A stretch of DNA of 64,000 bases from positions 38,688,001 to 38,752,000 of the forward strand of contig OZ024749.1 in assembly GCA_964016885.1 (NCBI GenBank), written 5' to 3'. Position numbers and translations under genes: made by a program. The first letter of the stretch is position 1. Each line of letters opens with the position of its first letter. This stretch comes from Eledone cirrhosa (lineage: Eukaryota). Below, one piece after another: positions 1 through 16,043 of this stretch. Under the pieces are notes generated by a model. The model saw nothing but the letters and a program-made list of their open reading frames with translations. It had not been told where the DNA came from and did not search any database.

Positions 1-363
1 TAATATTCCCATTGACATCACATTTCGTATTCCCACCTTCAGTTTGGAGTAAAATAGCAACAACACCACCTCCATCATTAGCACAAATGCTGTCGCCGCC
101 ACCACCGCCACCACCGCCACCACCACCACCACCACCACCACAACAACAACAACAACAACATAGTACTGCTGTTTTCGGTTCTGCTGCCAACAGTTATCAA
201 ATACCACCACACTACAATACACTAATAATCAATTCATAATGCAACGATATATATGTGTGTGTGTGTGTGAGTGTATCAACATATATATACACATATATAT
301 ATATCAACATATATATATATACATCAACATATACATGTATATATATATCAACACACACATATA

Positions 364-408
<45 letters not shown>

Positions 409-528
409 ACATATATGTTTATATATATATATATATATCAACATATATGTATATGTGTATATATATATACATATATATATATATATCAACATATATATAT
501 ACATCAACATATACATGTATATATATCA

Positions 529-573
<45 letters not shown>

Positions 574-795
574 GGAGGTGAGTTTTATTGTAGTACAATA
601 AAGCAATGCAGATATCGGATAAGAAGCACTCTACAATTTGTAGGACTGGAGTATATATATATATATATATATATATAAATGAATATATACATATATCTTT
701 AAAGCGATGAAATACCAATGATGGTTGGAAGATCACTGATGAAGGACTAACTTTATTCATATGTAACCCATTAGCAACCACGCAGCACGTTTATT

Positions 796-846
<51 letters not shown>

Positions 847-880
847 ACATATATATATATGTCTGTGTGTGTGTGTCTGC

Positions 881-1021
<141 letters not shown>

Positions 1022-1290
1022 TGTGCGTGTGTGTGTGTGTGTGCGCGTATCAACACATATTTTACAAGGACGAATTGAAGTATCAGCTTGAAGAATGAGT
1101 TGGGTCCATTTTTACATATTCTTTATTTTTACATTTTTCCATGTGGCATATTTCACATCTGACTAACTACTGACTCCTCCTCCTCCTCCTTCTGTTACAC
1201 ACCACCCTCACACATCATCATTATCACCATCACCATCTTCTTCCTCGTCATCATTGCCATCATCATCATCATCATCATCACCATCATTGC

Positions 1291-1325
<35 letters not shown>

Positions 1326-1383
1326 ATAGCAACAGTGGTATTGTCTACGACGACGCTAAGTTGATTGCAATAGTGCTAATGTC

Positions 1384-1980
<597 letters not shown>

Positions 1981-2305
1981 TTTTCTGTGGACCTAAAATC
2001 TTTTCAAATGTTTTATATGTCGAACATGATACAATAGAGATGTGGGCCATTGAGGGGTTCTCTGCGAGCCCCAGATAAACTGATGTTGAAAGGTTGTTAG
2101 ATAAATATAAAACATTTTCAAATAAACAGTTCTGTGTTATAGAACTGTTGTTGGTCTCGGGAACTTTGGTAATGAAATGTTTGACAGTAGGGCGATGGTA
2201 TTGTCTTCGATCAATCCCTATCGTCTGCTTTCTGCTCTGTTAATCCTGCCCTGCTAGTTGCAGTACCCGAACCCGATCACACTGGCTCCGATCAAACGAA
2301 ATATA

Positions 2306-3043
2306 ACTGTTTCTACTTTAGGCACAAGGCCAGCAATCACCCAGTGTATTACTGGTACTTTTATTTTATCGACCCCCGTAAGAATGAAAGGCAAAGTCAA
2401 CCTCGGCGGGATTTGAACTCAGATCGTAAAGGGACGTAACTATGCTGGAAAGCATGGCGTCCGACCCTCTACCGATACTGCCAATAACTGTTTCTACTTT
2501 AGGCACAAGGCCAGCAAATTACCCAGTGCATTACTGGTACTTTATTTTATCGACCCCGTAAGGATGAAAGGCAAAGTCAACCTCGGCGGGATTTGAACTC
2601 AGATCGTAAAGGGACGTAACTATGCTGGAAAGCATGGCGTCCGACCCTCTACCGATACTGCCAATGGTGATGAAATGGTGATGATAATGATGGCGATTAT
2701 AATGCCGATTATGATAATGGTGATGATGATGGTAATGGGGATGATGATGGTGGTGGTGATGATAATAGTGATGAAAATTATAGTGATGATAATGGTGATG
2801 ATGCTGGTGATGATGATAATGATGGTGGTGATAATGGTGGTGATAATGGTAATGGTAATAATTGTTTCTACTTTTGGCACAAGGCCAGCAATTACCCAGT
2901 GCATTACTGGTACTTTTATTTTATCGACCCCGTAAGGATGAAAGGCAAAGTCAACCTCGGCGGGATTTGAACTCAGACCGTAAAGGGACGTAACTATGCT
3001 GGAAAGCATGGCGTCCGACCCTCTACCGATACTGCCGATCCAC
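2306..3043 (-). mobile_element. Three tandem copies of tRNA-derived SINE family A
   Basis: A-box-like TGGCAGTATCGGTAGA, B box GAGTTCAAATCCC, body GCCTTTCATCCTTACGGGGTCGATAAAA, ATT-rich tail; block flanked by CAAACGAAATATAAC direct repeats. Confidence 0.85.
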
Positions 3044-3166
3044 CAAACGAAATATAACGAATTATATCTCCCTTACCATCCTCCGGAGAAACGCCTTCTC
3101 CATTCTCTCCGCCCGGGGCTGTGGGGGGAGTCCAGCACGTGGGACCCCATTTGCTCACCATACCAT

Positions 3167-4116
3167 ACAGGGAGATGGGGAGGGCGAGAGAGATGCGGAG
3201 GGCGAGAGAGATGCGGAGGGTGAGAGAGATGCGGAGGGTGAGAGAGATGCGGAGGGCGAGAGAGATGCGGAGGGTGAGAGAGATGCGGAGGGTGAGAGAG
3301 ATGCGGAGGGCGAGAGAGATGCGGAGGGTGAGAGAGATGCGAAGGGTGAGAGAGATGCGGAGGGTGAGAGAGATGCGGAGGGTGAGGGAGATGGGGAGGG
3401 CGAGAGAGATGCGGAGGGTGAGAGAGATGCGGAGGGTGAGAGAGATGCGGAGGGCGAGAGAGATGCGGAGGGTGAGAGAGATGCGGAGGGCGAGAGAGAT
3501 GCGGAGGGTGAGAGAGATGCGGAGGGTGAGAGAGGTACGGAGGGTGAGAGAGATGCGGAGGGCGAGAGAGATGCGGAGGGTGAGAGAGATGCGGAGGGCG
3601 AGAGAGATGCGGAGGGTGAGAGAGATGCGGAGGGCGAGAGAGATGCGGAGGGCGAGAGAGATGCGGAGGGCGAGAGAGATACGGAGGGCGAGAGAGGTGC
3701 GGAGGGTGAGAGAGATGCGGAGGGCGAGAGAGATGCGGAGGGTGAGAGAGATGGGGAGGGTGAGAGAGATGCGGAGGGTGAGAGAGATGCGGAGGGTGAG
3801 AGAGATGCGGAGGGTGAGAGAGATGCGGAGGGTGAGAGAGATGCGGAGGGTGAGAGAGGTGCGGAGGGTGAGAGAGATGCGGAGGGCGAGAGAGATGCGG
3901 AGGGCGAGAGAGATGCGGAGGGTGAGAGAGATGCGGAGGGTGAGAGAGATGCGGAGGGTGAGAGAGATGCGGAGGGTGAGAGAGATGCGGAGGGTGAGGG
4001 AGATGGGGAGGGCGAGAGAGATGCGGAGGGTGAGAGAGATGCGGAGGACGAGAGAGATGCGGAGGGTGAGAGAGATGCGGAGGGTGAGAGAGGTGCGGAG
4101 GGCGAGAGAGATGGAG
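3167..4116. repeat. 18 bp minisatellite (GAGAGATGCGGAGGGYGA)n
   Basis: About 52 tandem units read directly; explains the long repetitive ORFs in several frames. Confidence 0.95.
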
Positions 4117-4823
4117 GCGATGATAGTGGGAATTCGGCTCTTCCACGTTCGGACCATATCCTTGTGGTTGTGTTCACTATGTATAGAGTTCATTCTCCAG
4201 AATCATCAGAACCCCCCCCCCCCCCCCACCATACTCTCTCTCTCTCTCTCTCTCTCCCCCCCCTCTCTCTCTCTCTCTCCTCTCTCTATCTCCCAGTTTC
4301 ACCTGATTGTATTCATGCATCACCTTTTCTCGCTCTAGCCTTACTTATAAAGCTTCACGAATTATATAAACCACAAGTGTAAACAGCTCATTGGGATTGG
4401 CTTACGTTGTTCATTAAATAGTTAATGTAGTGTGGTAATGAAATATATACATATATATACCAGGTCTGAACACTTTGGAACCAAACTCCCACTGTCACTG
4501 CCTCCGTCTTTCCCGGTCACCCCATTTTTCACTTTGTGAGCAAATGGGAGCCCACGCGCTGAATAAAGAAGGCGTTTCCCTGGTAGCTTAATGAACAACG
4601 AGATAAATAGCCTACATACTAAAATAGATAACAGATTGAATAACGAACTAAAGATTGAAATTAATATTGAAATTAAGGAAGAATAAATAAGGAAAAGAAA
4701 AACTAATTAATTAAATAATGGAATAAATAGGAAATGTGATAATGAAAAGAAAACAATTAATGAATAACGAAATAAAGAACGAATTAAATACGGAAATAAA
4801 ATATTTTTTATGAATAACGAAAT

Positions 4824-5142
4824 ATAGTTTTCCCCAGAATTCGCGGGAGTTGCGTTCCTCGACCACTCGCGAAGAGTGAAAAACAGCGAATATTGGACGT
4901 GGCTCATAAAAATGCCTATAAACGTCAAAACATAACGTAAAACATAGGGCAGCAAATACGATATATTGTTATTAATAGTTTAGCGTTAAAAAGCGTGAAA
5001 AAATATATATTGCCACGAAAAGGCCATAAAAATGGCGAATATGCGGTGGTTTCCACGAACAACTATTAGTTAGGATCTGAGGAAAAATCCGCGAATAATC
5101 GGGCCCATGAATGTCGGGACTGCAACTGTCGGGGGTACACTG
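4824..5142. mobile_element. pogo/Tigger-like MITE, diverged
   Basis: Right end GGGGGTACACTG, left end TAGTTTCCCC...TTCGCGGGAGTTGCGTTCC, internal CGCGAA repeats. Confidence 0.45.
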
Positions 5143-5463
5143 TGTACAATAGATTAAATAATTGTTTCTACTTTAGGCACAAGGCCAGCTATTACCCAGT
5201 GCATTACTGGTACTTTTATTTTATCGACCCCGTAAGGATGAAAGGCAAAGTCAACCTCGGCGGGATTAAATACATAATGGACCTTGAGATAATGAATTAA
5301 GTAATTAACAGTAATTATATGTATAAAGAAAGAGATAGGTATATATATATAGAGAGAGAGAGAAAGGAAGAGATATCAACATGAATGGACCTGTTATTTT
5401 TATCTAAAGACATTTTTTCCAATTCCCCGCCCGTCCCTTCAATTTATCTTATTTCTCATTCTT

Positions 5464-5499
5464 TCTTCTGATGAGGGACTAGCGTCTGAAACGTTAAGA
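5464..5499 (+). ncRNA. Minimal hammerhead motif in a probable pLTR fragment
   Basis: TCTT-CTGATGA-gggactagcgtct-GAAACGTT-AAGA: stem I TCTT/AAGA, palindromic AACGTT stem III. Confidence 0.6.
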
Positions 5500-5609
5500 C
5501 CCTCTTCCTGCTATATTAACCGTTAAACTATTATATTCCTTCCATATACTGTACCGATTGTGTTATTTCTGTTACCTTTTAAATACACACACACATACAT
5601 ATATATACG

Positions 5610-5643
<34 letters not shown>

Positions 5644-5686
5644 AATGAATAATAACAGGTAGACATCATAAAAAGGTAGTTTATAC

Positions 5687-5747
<61 letters not shown>

Positions 5748-6346
5748 TATATGGTAAAAGGAAAAGAAAATGCTGACAAATTGTTCCCAGTGAAAAATAG
5801 TTTAATTAGGAATAAGTAAAAATTAGTAATAGTATTGGTTAGTATTCAGTTTTGGTTTTAAGTTTTTACCGGTTGCGCATTTCTAATGCTTTTCAAAAAT
5901 AATTTTGAGATAGAGCGCCCGTGATGTTTGCTCTAATCTGATTAGTTTTGGGAAATTCTACCTGTTTTATGTAAAAAAAAGTGGCTCCAGATGTATGAAA
6001 AAATTCTTGTGGTCAAAACAATTTTGATTGGTCGGTAGAGGTCATGTGAATGTTAAAAATTGATTTTGCGCCAAATGTAGATTTGTCTCGGCTGGTTGAG
6101 AAGTCACTGAAAAATAGGTCTTTTAAGACAAATATGTGTGTGTGTGTGTGTGTAGTAGTAGTAGTAGTAGTAGTAAAGAGGTTCGTTGTTGTGATAATGG
6201 TCAGCAGGGATGTGTGTGCGAACCGCAGCCTGCTGACAGGTCAACAGTTCAGATGCCTATTAAGACAAGTGTGTGTGTGTGTGTGTGTAGCAGAGTAATT
6301 CGTGGTAGAGGGATCGGTCATGTGTATATATATATATATATACGGA

Positions 6347-6395
<49 letters not shown>

Positions 6396-6511
6396 ATAAT
6401 AAATGTAAAGACTAAAATCCGAAGAGGGCTCGATAAGGATTATATATATGTAAGATGCCGTTAACGGTGAAAGCAGCGATTCTTTGCTTAAACTTTAATC
6501 TGTTCTTATAA

Positions 6512-6542
<31 letters not shown>

Positions 6543-6550
6543 CCAAATAT

Positions 6551-6596
<46 letters not shown>

Positions 6597-6899
6597 ATGT
6601 ATATAGTGGAAACCCTCCCCTTCGCTCATGAATGATTATAGATTTTGCACTTAGAAAGAAAGTTCCTCTTCCGAGCAAGGTGTTTTTGTGGGAAACCAGT
6701 AGTCACTCATACATACCAGTCTCCCCTCTCCACGTCACCGACCTTGTCCAAGGGAGAGACAAAGGCCGATACAACTTGTGAGTGAACTGGAGCAACGTGA
6801 AATAGTGTCTTACTCAACGCTTCCTCCGATCCGGTAATCGAACGCTCAACCTCATGTTTGTGAATACAACGCTCTAACCACTATGCCACACGCCTTCAC

Positions 6900-7270
6900 A
6901 TAATTGTTTCTACTTTTTGGCACAAGGCCAGCAATTATCCCAGTGCATTACTGGTACTTTATTTTATCGACCCCCCGTAAGGATGAAAGGCAAAGTTAAC
7001 CTCGGCGGGATTCGAACTCAGAATGGCAAGGGCCGTAACTCTATGCGTCACATAATACATGTTAATATATTATATTCTCTCTCAGGCGGTGGATTGGCAG
7101 TATCGGTAGAGGGTCGGACGCCATGCTTTCCAGCATAGTTACGTCCCTTTACGATCTGAGTTCAAATCCCGCCGAGGTTGACTTTGCCTTTCATCCTTAC
7201 GGGGTCGATAAAATAAAGTACCAGTAATGCACTGGGATAATTGCTGGCCTTGTGCCTAAAGTAGAAACAA
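6900..7270. mobile_element. Two divergently oriented SINE-A copies
   Basis: Minus copy 6900-7043 (5'-truncated); plus copy 7084-7270 with TSD AATATATTATATTCTCTCTC. Confidence 0.85.
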
Positions 7271-7819
7271 ATATATTATATTCTCTCTCTCTCTCCCTCC
7301 CTCCCTCCGCCTCTCTCTCCTTCTTCCTCCCCTCTCTCTCGCTGTCCGTGTGTCTATGTGTGTGTGTGTGTGTGTGTTTTTGTGTATGGTAGAGTCGTAT
7401 GGGTGTCCTAGGCATTTTATACGTGGCAGAGTTTACCCTCTCTCATGATCTGAACGCAGCTGTTTTCTTCCGTGAAGGAGAGGAAGTGATAGAGAGGAAA
7501 AATCAGAAAGAGATATTGTGGAAGAATCGACTCCATTACTGGATCTCGAAAAGAGGAAATGGCAAAGTTGACATCCCGAATTTTAAACTCAGAGTGCAGA
7601 GCACCGGAACAAATACTGCATAGCATTCAACATGACGCTCTAACGACTCAGTCGATTTCCCGCTCGTATTTATACATACATATACATATGACGATAGAAA
7701 TCTAAACGGAGGACCAATAACTATTATAATTATATCCACACTCTACATTTCTTAATTATAGAGTACTAAGTTGAATATTGTCATACTGGTCTTAACTAGT
7801 AACATCTCATCTCTCTCTA

Positions 7820-7881
<62 letters not shown>

Positions 7882-8402
7882 AAAGAATAGAGGTGTAACA
7901 CACAAGTTATGATATAGTGGTAAATGGAAAAGAAAATGCTGACAAATTGTTCACAGTGAAAAATAGTTTAATTAGGAATAAGTGAGAATTAGTAATAGTA
8001 TTGGTTAGTATTCAGTTTTGGTTTTAAGTTTTACCGGTTGCGCATTTCTAATGCTTTTGAAAAATAATTTTGAGATAGAGCGTCCGTGATGTTTACTCTG
8101 ATCTGATTAATTTTGGGAATTCTACCTGTTTTTATGTGAAGAAAATGGCTCCAGTGGTATTAAAAACTCTGTCACGCTTAATCGCCATCATAATGCACAC
8201 ATATAAAGTCATACACATACACACACATACACACAAACAAAAATACACACAACACACACACACACACATACAAATAGAACGTATTTTGTTTTGATATTAA
8301 GAAAACTTATTTTCTTAAGTTTGTTACGTGTCATATCTTTCCCAGAGAGCTGACAGTAGGTAACATGACTGACCAAATATGCTAAGTAGAATATGTTAAT
8401 TA

Positions 8403-8487
<85 letters not shown>

Positions 8488-8642
8488 CGGGGGCGTGATA
8501 GTAATGATAATGTGTTTGTGGTTACCTTTAAATAATTAGGTTCTGTTCTTGTCACACGGTACATCTGATTGTAGGGATAAGAAGCAAAGAATGTCGTGAT
8601 GATGAGGACGATGATGATGATAATGATGAGGATGATGTCGAC

Positions 8643-8706
<64 letters not shown>

Positions 8707-8751
8707 GTGACGACGACGACGACGACGACGGCGACCTCGATGATTATGACA

Positions 8752-8787
<36 letters not shown>

Positions 8788-8832
8788 GTGACGACGACGA
8801 CGACGACGACGGCGACCTCGATGATTATGACA

Positions 8833-8868
<36 letters not shown>

Positions 8869-8950
8869 GTGACGACGACGACGACGACGACGGCGACCTC
8901 GATGATTATGACAATGATGATGATGATGATAATGATGATGATGATGATGA
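8403..8950. repeat. (TAG)n and compound (GAT/GAC)n microsatellites with about 81 bp higher-order units
   Basis: Direct reading; GGCGACCTCGATGATTATGACA occurs three times. Confidence 0.93.
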
Positions 8951-9089
8951 ACATTCTGAAACTGGAAGGTGCAAAGACGGGAGAAATAATTTGTGACATT
9001 AATGCGGTTAATGTTCAGTGTTTGCCAGAGATCCAATATCGTGAAAGGCTCAATCTTTGTAAAATACACTCCTACAAAAATAAACCTAA

Positions 9090-9600
9090 AAGTATCCACC
9101 ATCATTTCTTTGTCAAATGACTTGAACTGTACGAACCAAATATCAGCCACATAAGAAAGGAATTGGACCTCATTACCAAATTTTCTACAGACATTGGTAT
9201 GGAATTTGGTGAGACCAAACGCGTATTTTTTGTGATAAGTTGCGGGAAAATAGTACCGTTCTCCGAAAATCTAGGCGGTTTCGTGATACAATTTTTGTAG
9301 TCAAGTGACAACTATAAGTATCTTGGACAGGATGAGAATGTCAGATTTGATTGACCTACAAATAAGGAGAGGACCAGAAATGAATACCTAAAAGAGAGTA
9401 GAGAGAATATAGACATCAAAGCTCTCAAGGTACAAGCACATTGCCCACTTTTGCTGAATGAGATGAATGTAAGAACTCGTAAGCTTCTCACAATTACAGG
9501 AAATTTTAACATCAATGTGGATGTGGGTAGGCTATATTTCCAAGCATGGAGGATGGCCGTGGCCTAAAATCCATATTAATAAGGTAGCCACTGATCTAGA
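9090..9600 (+). mobile_element. Degenerate non-LTR RT fragment (R4/Dong-like)
   Basis: LDLITKFSTDIGMEFGETK...GKIV...YKYLGQDE, with stops and frameshifts. Confidence 0.6.
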
Positions 9601-10174
9601 AAGACATGAAATAAAAGCTAACACAGATCTCTTTTCCAGGAACATTGGAAAACTCTACTCAATGCTAGAACGAAGTTATTTTTTTTTTTTAAATGGACCA
9701 GTTCACTGAAAAGGTTTACTTGGGCATTTGAGATCGCAATTCCTTAATTCATAAGTTACGAATGGCCACGATATCTGGAGGGTTCAAAATCTGTAAAGCA
9801 TTCTTACAATTAAAGGGATCAACGATTATACAAGGAACGACAGAAATTTCCTTTTCTTTACAATGTTGCCGCCGGGAAGGTGACCGGTCAAAAACAGATA
9901 AGACATCCATAAATAACTAGTGACACACAACCGTTACGACACGGTAACATGAGTGAATCGGTATTGTAGCACGTAGAAAACTATTTCCGAGCTACACAAT
10001 GACACAGAAACACATATTCCTACACGCGCAATCTAGTACAAGACTACGCATGCGCACACACATACACGTATATATATACACGGCTGTGCGCAAGCCAGAC
10101 ACAGATACACTCAAAGACACGTGCACACTCACAGAGACACTCAAAGACATACACACTCTATCTCTATCTCTTTA

Positions 10175-10216
<42 letters not shown>

Positions 10217-10314
10217 TCTCTCTCTCCACCTCTCTCTTTCTCTCTCTCCCTCTCTCTCTCGTATGTATTTAACAAATACGGAAATACATAAATTATATCA
10301 GCTGATACAATGTG

Positions 10315-10355
<41 letters not shown>

Positions 10356-10465
10356 GACTCGCAAGCACAGGCGCACACCTACAATCACAAACACACACAT
10401 TCACACACACACACACGTTGGTTTGACATAAATATAGTTAATGACCAATCGGGCAGTTTTAGCCT

Positions 10466-10503
<38 letters not shown>

Positions 10504-10901
10504 CACACACACACACACACGTCACACATATTCACACGTCACACACGCGCATATACACGCGTCAAACACACACATACACACACGTCACATACATACACAG
10601 ATTCACGCACACACACATAGATTCCCACACACACAGAGAGACATACACACGTATACGTGTACCTTGCTTCTTTATTCTCTTCACAGACATTGGCTCCACT
10701 CTTCTAAGTACCTTTGCACTGTAACAGATGATGCTTTCATATAAAATTCTTACGAATAGAGAAGTCCTATAGCAAGCAACACATACATACTAGCACTATA
10801 GTACTATAGCGACATACATACACACTCATCTAATAACACAATAGCGACACACATACACACATACACTCATACACACACTCACACACATACTTAATGTCTA
10901 A

Positions 10902-11028
<127 letters not shown>

Positions 11029-11344
11029 GGTTTATCACACATAACTGGTGTATGAAACAGAAAGTCTGTATGCTGTCTAATGAGTATATCTGATTTTTTT
11101 TTTTATAAGAGACGTCTAAATAATATAAATTCTTGAATGACGCAGATTCATACCTGTAATTTTCCCCGGTACACTGATATATACATTCAGTCATTCATAT
11201 ATATAAATATACCAAAATTATATTAAGGATGTCATGTCTGAGAATATCAGAATCATGCGCCATACCACCCGTAGAATAAGCTCAAAGATTCCAAGTAGTA
11301 AATCCGAGCATTTATATTAAATCAAAAGTAGAATGATATATATG

Positions 11345-11411
<67 letters not shown>

Positions 11412-11752
11412 TTATTTATTTATATATATATATACATCTGAAGACAGCATATATATGTGTTGGTATGTATATTCTCTTTGATAGTTTGTATAATTTTGTA
11501 CATAGATCTTTTGAATATGCATGCCAATTCTAACACATATATGTCCTAGAAACGATCGTTAAATAATGAACTTTTTTTGTTTAATATAAGGAACTGTTTC
11601 ATTGTTTTATTCATTATTTTTTTAATATTTTACCTTGACTCTGTATTCCGTTTATCTTTCACCGAAAGTGATCTCTTCTTTCCATGATATCCGGATTACA
11701 TTGAGTTCTTCATACGGATTGGACACTACCGTAAATTTTTGGTAGATTTATC

Positions 11753-11826
<74 letters not shown>

Positions 11827-11879
11827 AAATAAACACATCAAACAATTACAAATTATCCCCTGTAATTGTTTGATGTGTT

Positions 11880-11937
<58 letters not shown>

Positions 11938-11941
11938 GTGT

Positions 11942-12185
11942 GTTTAATGGTAGCTATGATGCTTCCATAGGCGGTATGCCAGTTGAGCACTCTATGTTCT
12001 TACAGAGCAGAATGTGATATAATATAAAACGAAAAATTAGTGATGCATCTGGACTCAATTTATTGTGTGTTACAATTGTTTCGCCGACAGACAGCTCGAG
12101 ACACGATCATTGTATAGAGCTGTCTGTCGGCGAAACAATTGTAACACAATAAATTGAGTCCAGATGCATCACTGATTTTTCGTTT

Positions 12186-12192
<7 letters not shown>
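11942..12192. mobile_element. Fold-back element with tail (family shared with 12232-12520 and 48780-49101)
   Basis: Arms about 12017-12097 and 12116-12192 containing GAAACAATTGTA; left tail with AGCACTC; (TA)n flanks. Confidence 0.72.
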
Positions 12193-12231
<39 letters not shown>

Positions 12232-12235
<4 letters not shown>

Positions 12236-12520
12236 AATATGGAAAACAAAGAATCAGTGATGCATCTGGACTCAATTTATTACGTATTACAATTGTTTCT
12301 CCGGCGAACAGCTGGAGGTACGATCTGTTTGTGGATCGAGCCTGACTCTGGATTCACAAGTTCCTAAGATACGTCTAGTGATTTCGACGCAAATCTTCTT
12401 TCTGCTGGACTCCGACCCTTCGAATTTCTATCATCTGTCATCACTGATTCTTCGTTTTCCATATTATCATACTCTGCCCCGAAGGAGCATAGAGTGCTCA
12501 ACCGGCATACCGCCTATGAG
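12232..12520. mobile_element. Fold-back element, same family as 11942-12192
   Basis: Short inverted ends at about 12234-12260 and 12438-12466; right tail ACTCTGCCCCGAAGGAGCATAGAGTGCT. Confidence 0.68.
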
Positions 12521-12793
12521 TAGAGAACCGAAAAGAACACCGCAAAGCATTCTATCTGAAGTTCTAATGAGTCTGCCAATTAACAGCCTTCGAGGGACAT
12601 ATAAAAAGGCATTAAACTTGATAATAGATAGAATGTGTATGCACACATTTGTATACTTTCTTTTATATGAATTTAATCTTATACCATTTCATAAAAGAAT
12701 ACCATATTAACCTAGCAGCTTTAGAATATTATTAAGAATATCATGAAAAACTGTCAACCTTTAATGACAAACCCGGTAGGAACCAATCCCTCT

Positions 12794-13232
12794 CCTTTTT
12801 TAAGAACCTCTAAAATATTTTAATGAATATTTTGGTTTGGTATATAGCCAGGCTGGAGATCCCTGGCCTAGGCAAAAAGCAATCTCAGCCCTTTTTTAAG
12901 AACCTCTAAAATATTTTAATGAATATTTTGGTTTGGTATATAGCCAGGCTGGAGATCCCTGGCCTAGGCAAAAAGCAATCTCAGCCCTTTTTTAAGAACC
13001 TCTAAAATATTTTAATGAATATTTTGGTTTGGTATATAGCCAGGCTGGAGATCCCTGGCCTAGGCAAAAAGCAATCTCAGCCCTTTTTTAAGAACCTCTA
13101 AAATATTTTAATGAATATTTTGGTTTGGTATATAGCCAGGCTGGAGATCCCTGGCCTAGGCAAAAAGCAATCTCAGCCCTTTTTTAAGAACCTCTAAAAT
13201 ATTTTAATGAATATTTTGGCTTGGTATGTATC
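12794..13232. repeat. 96 bp tandem repeat, about 4.5 copies
   Basis: AAGAACCTC recurs at 12802, 12898, 12994, 13090 and 13186. Confidence 0.95.
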
Positions 13233-14060
13233 CAAATATTGATGAACCTTTTACCCCTCCCTCTTCTCTTTAATGGGAAGACAAAAGTATTATGTAATAT
13301 AACGTCAGGCAGAATCGGTAGAGCGTCGGACAAAAATGCTTTGCAGTATTTAGTTATGTGCCTTTACGTTTTGAGTTCAATTCCCGCCGGCCGAGGTTAG
13401 CTTTACCTGTCATCCGTACGCGGTCGATAAAACAAAGTACCAGTAATACACTGGATGGAGTCGATTTAGTCGACTTTGCCCCTTTCCTTCAAATTGCTGG
13501 CCTTGTCCCAAATTTAGAAACAATTATGTTATAATAAAATTATATAGTAATAGAACTATGGCTGTAAAAACAACTATCTCAATTCTTCTTTTTTTCTTTT
13601 TTTTTTTTATTAAACATGGCTATTTGACGGCCCCTTTTCCAATCTTCACAGTCATCCCACTCAACCATATAGGGGAGAAACTGACCCTTTTTCTTTTACA
13701 TAACACTGTACTAAATCTAGTTCAGTGGCCTTATTTCTTTCAACTGCAAATAAATATAAACACAATCTATCTTAAAAACAGGGGGAGATGAAACTAACAA
13801 AAGTAATGCTCTATTTATTTTCCCCCCAGGGATTATGCATTTACCAATGATAACTTTAATTGTCTTCTTTAGTTACGATTATACGTGATACCTTTTTTTT
13901 TATCTGTAAAATAACGTATATATTCATTTGTTTCTCAAGAGAAACTTTTTTGTTTTAGCTCCTGCTGACCTTTGAACGTTTTCTTTTTACTTTTATTCTT
14001 CATATCCTTATCTTAGCAACTATCAACTAATCTAAGGGCCTGACCTTCCATTCAAATACG

Positions 14061-14112
<52 letters not shown>

Positions 14113-14129
14113 GCCCTGTCTCTCTCTGT

Positions 14130-14174
<45 letters not shown>

Positions 14175-14200
14175 CTCTAGCCCTCTATCTCTCTCTCTAA

Positions 14201-14233
<33 letters not shown>

Positions 14234-14240
14234 TCTCTCA

Positions 14241-14276
<36 letters not shown>

Positions 14277-14279
14277 CTC

Positions 14280-15946
<1,667 letters not shown>

Positions 15947-15994
15947 TATATATATATATATATATATACATATATATAGCCCTCTCTCTCTCTT

Positions 15995-16043
<49 letters not shown>

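Noticed and set aside
12-239. Poly-P/poly-Q ORF
   Set aside because: Derived from a (CCA)n(CAA)n microsatellite; no domain or splice support visible.
735-760. CTGATGA as a hammerhead core
   Set aside because: No downstream GAAA or stem III.
2994-4338. Long 340-405 aa ORFs in several frames
   Set aside because: Translations of an 18 bp minisatellite that lacks stops.
12794-13232. Possible CRISPR-like array (also 22015-22800 and 63596-63797)
   Set aside because: Units are contiguous tandem copies with no unique spacers; eukaryotic context and no cas genes.
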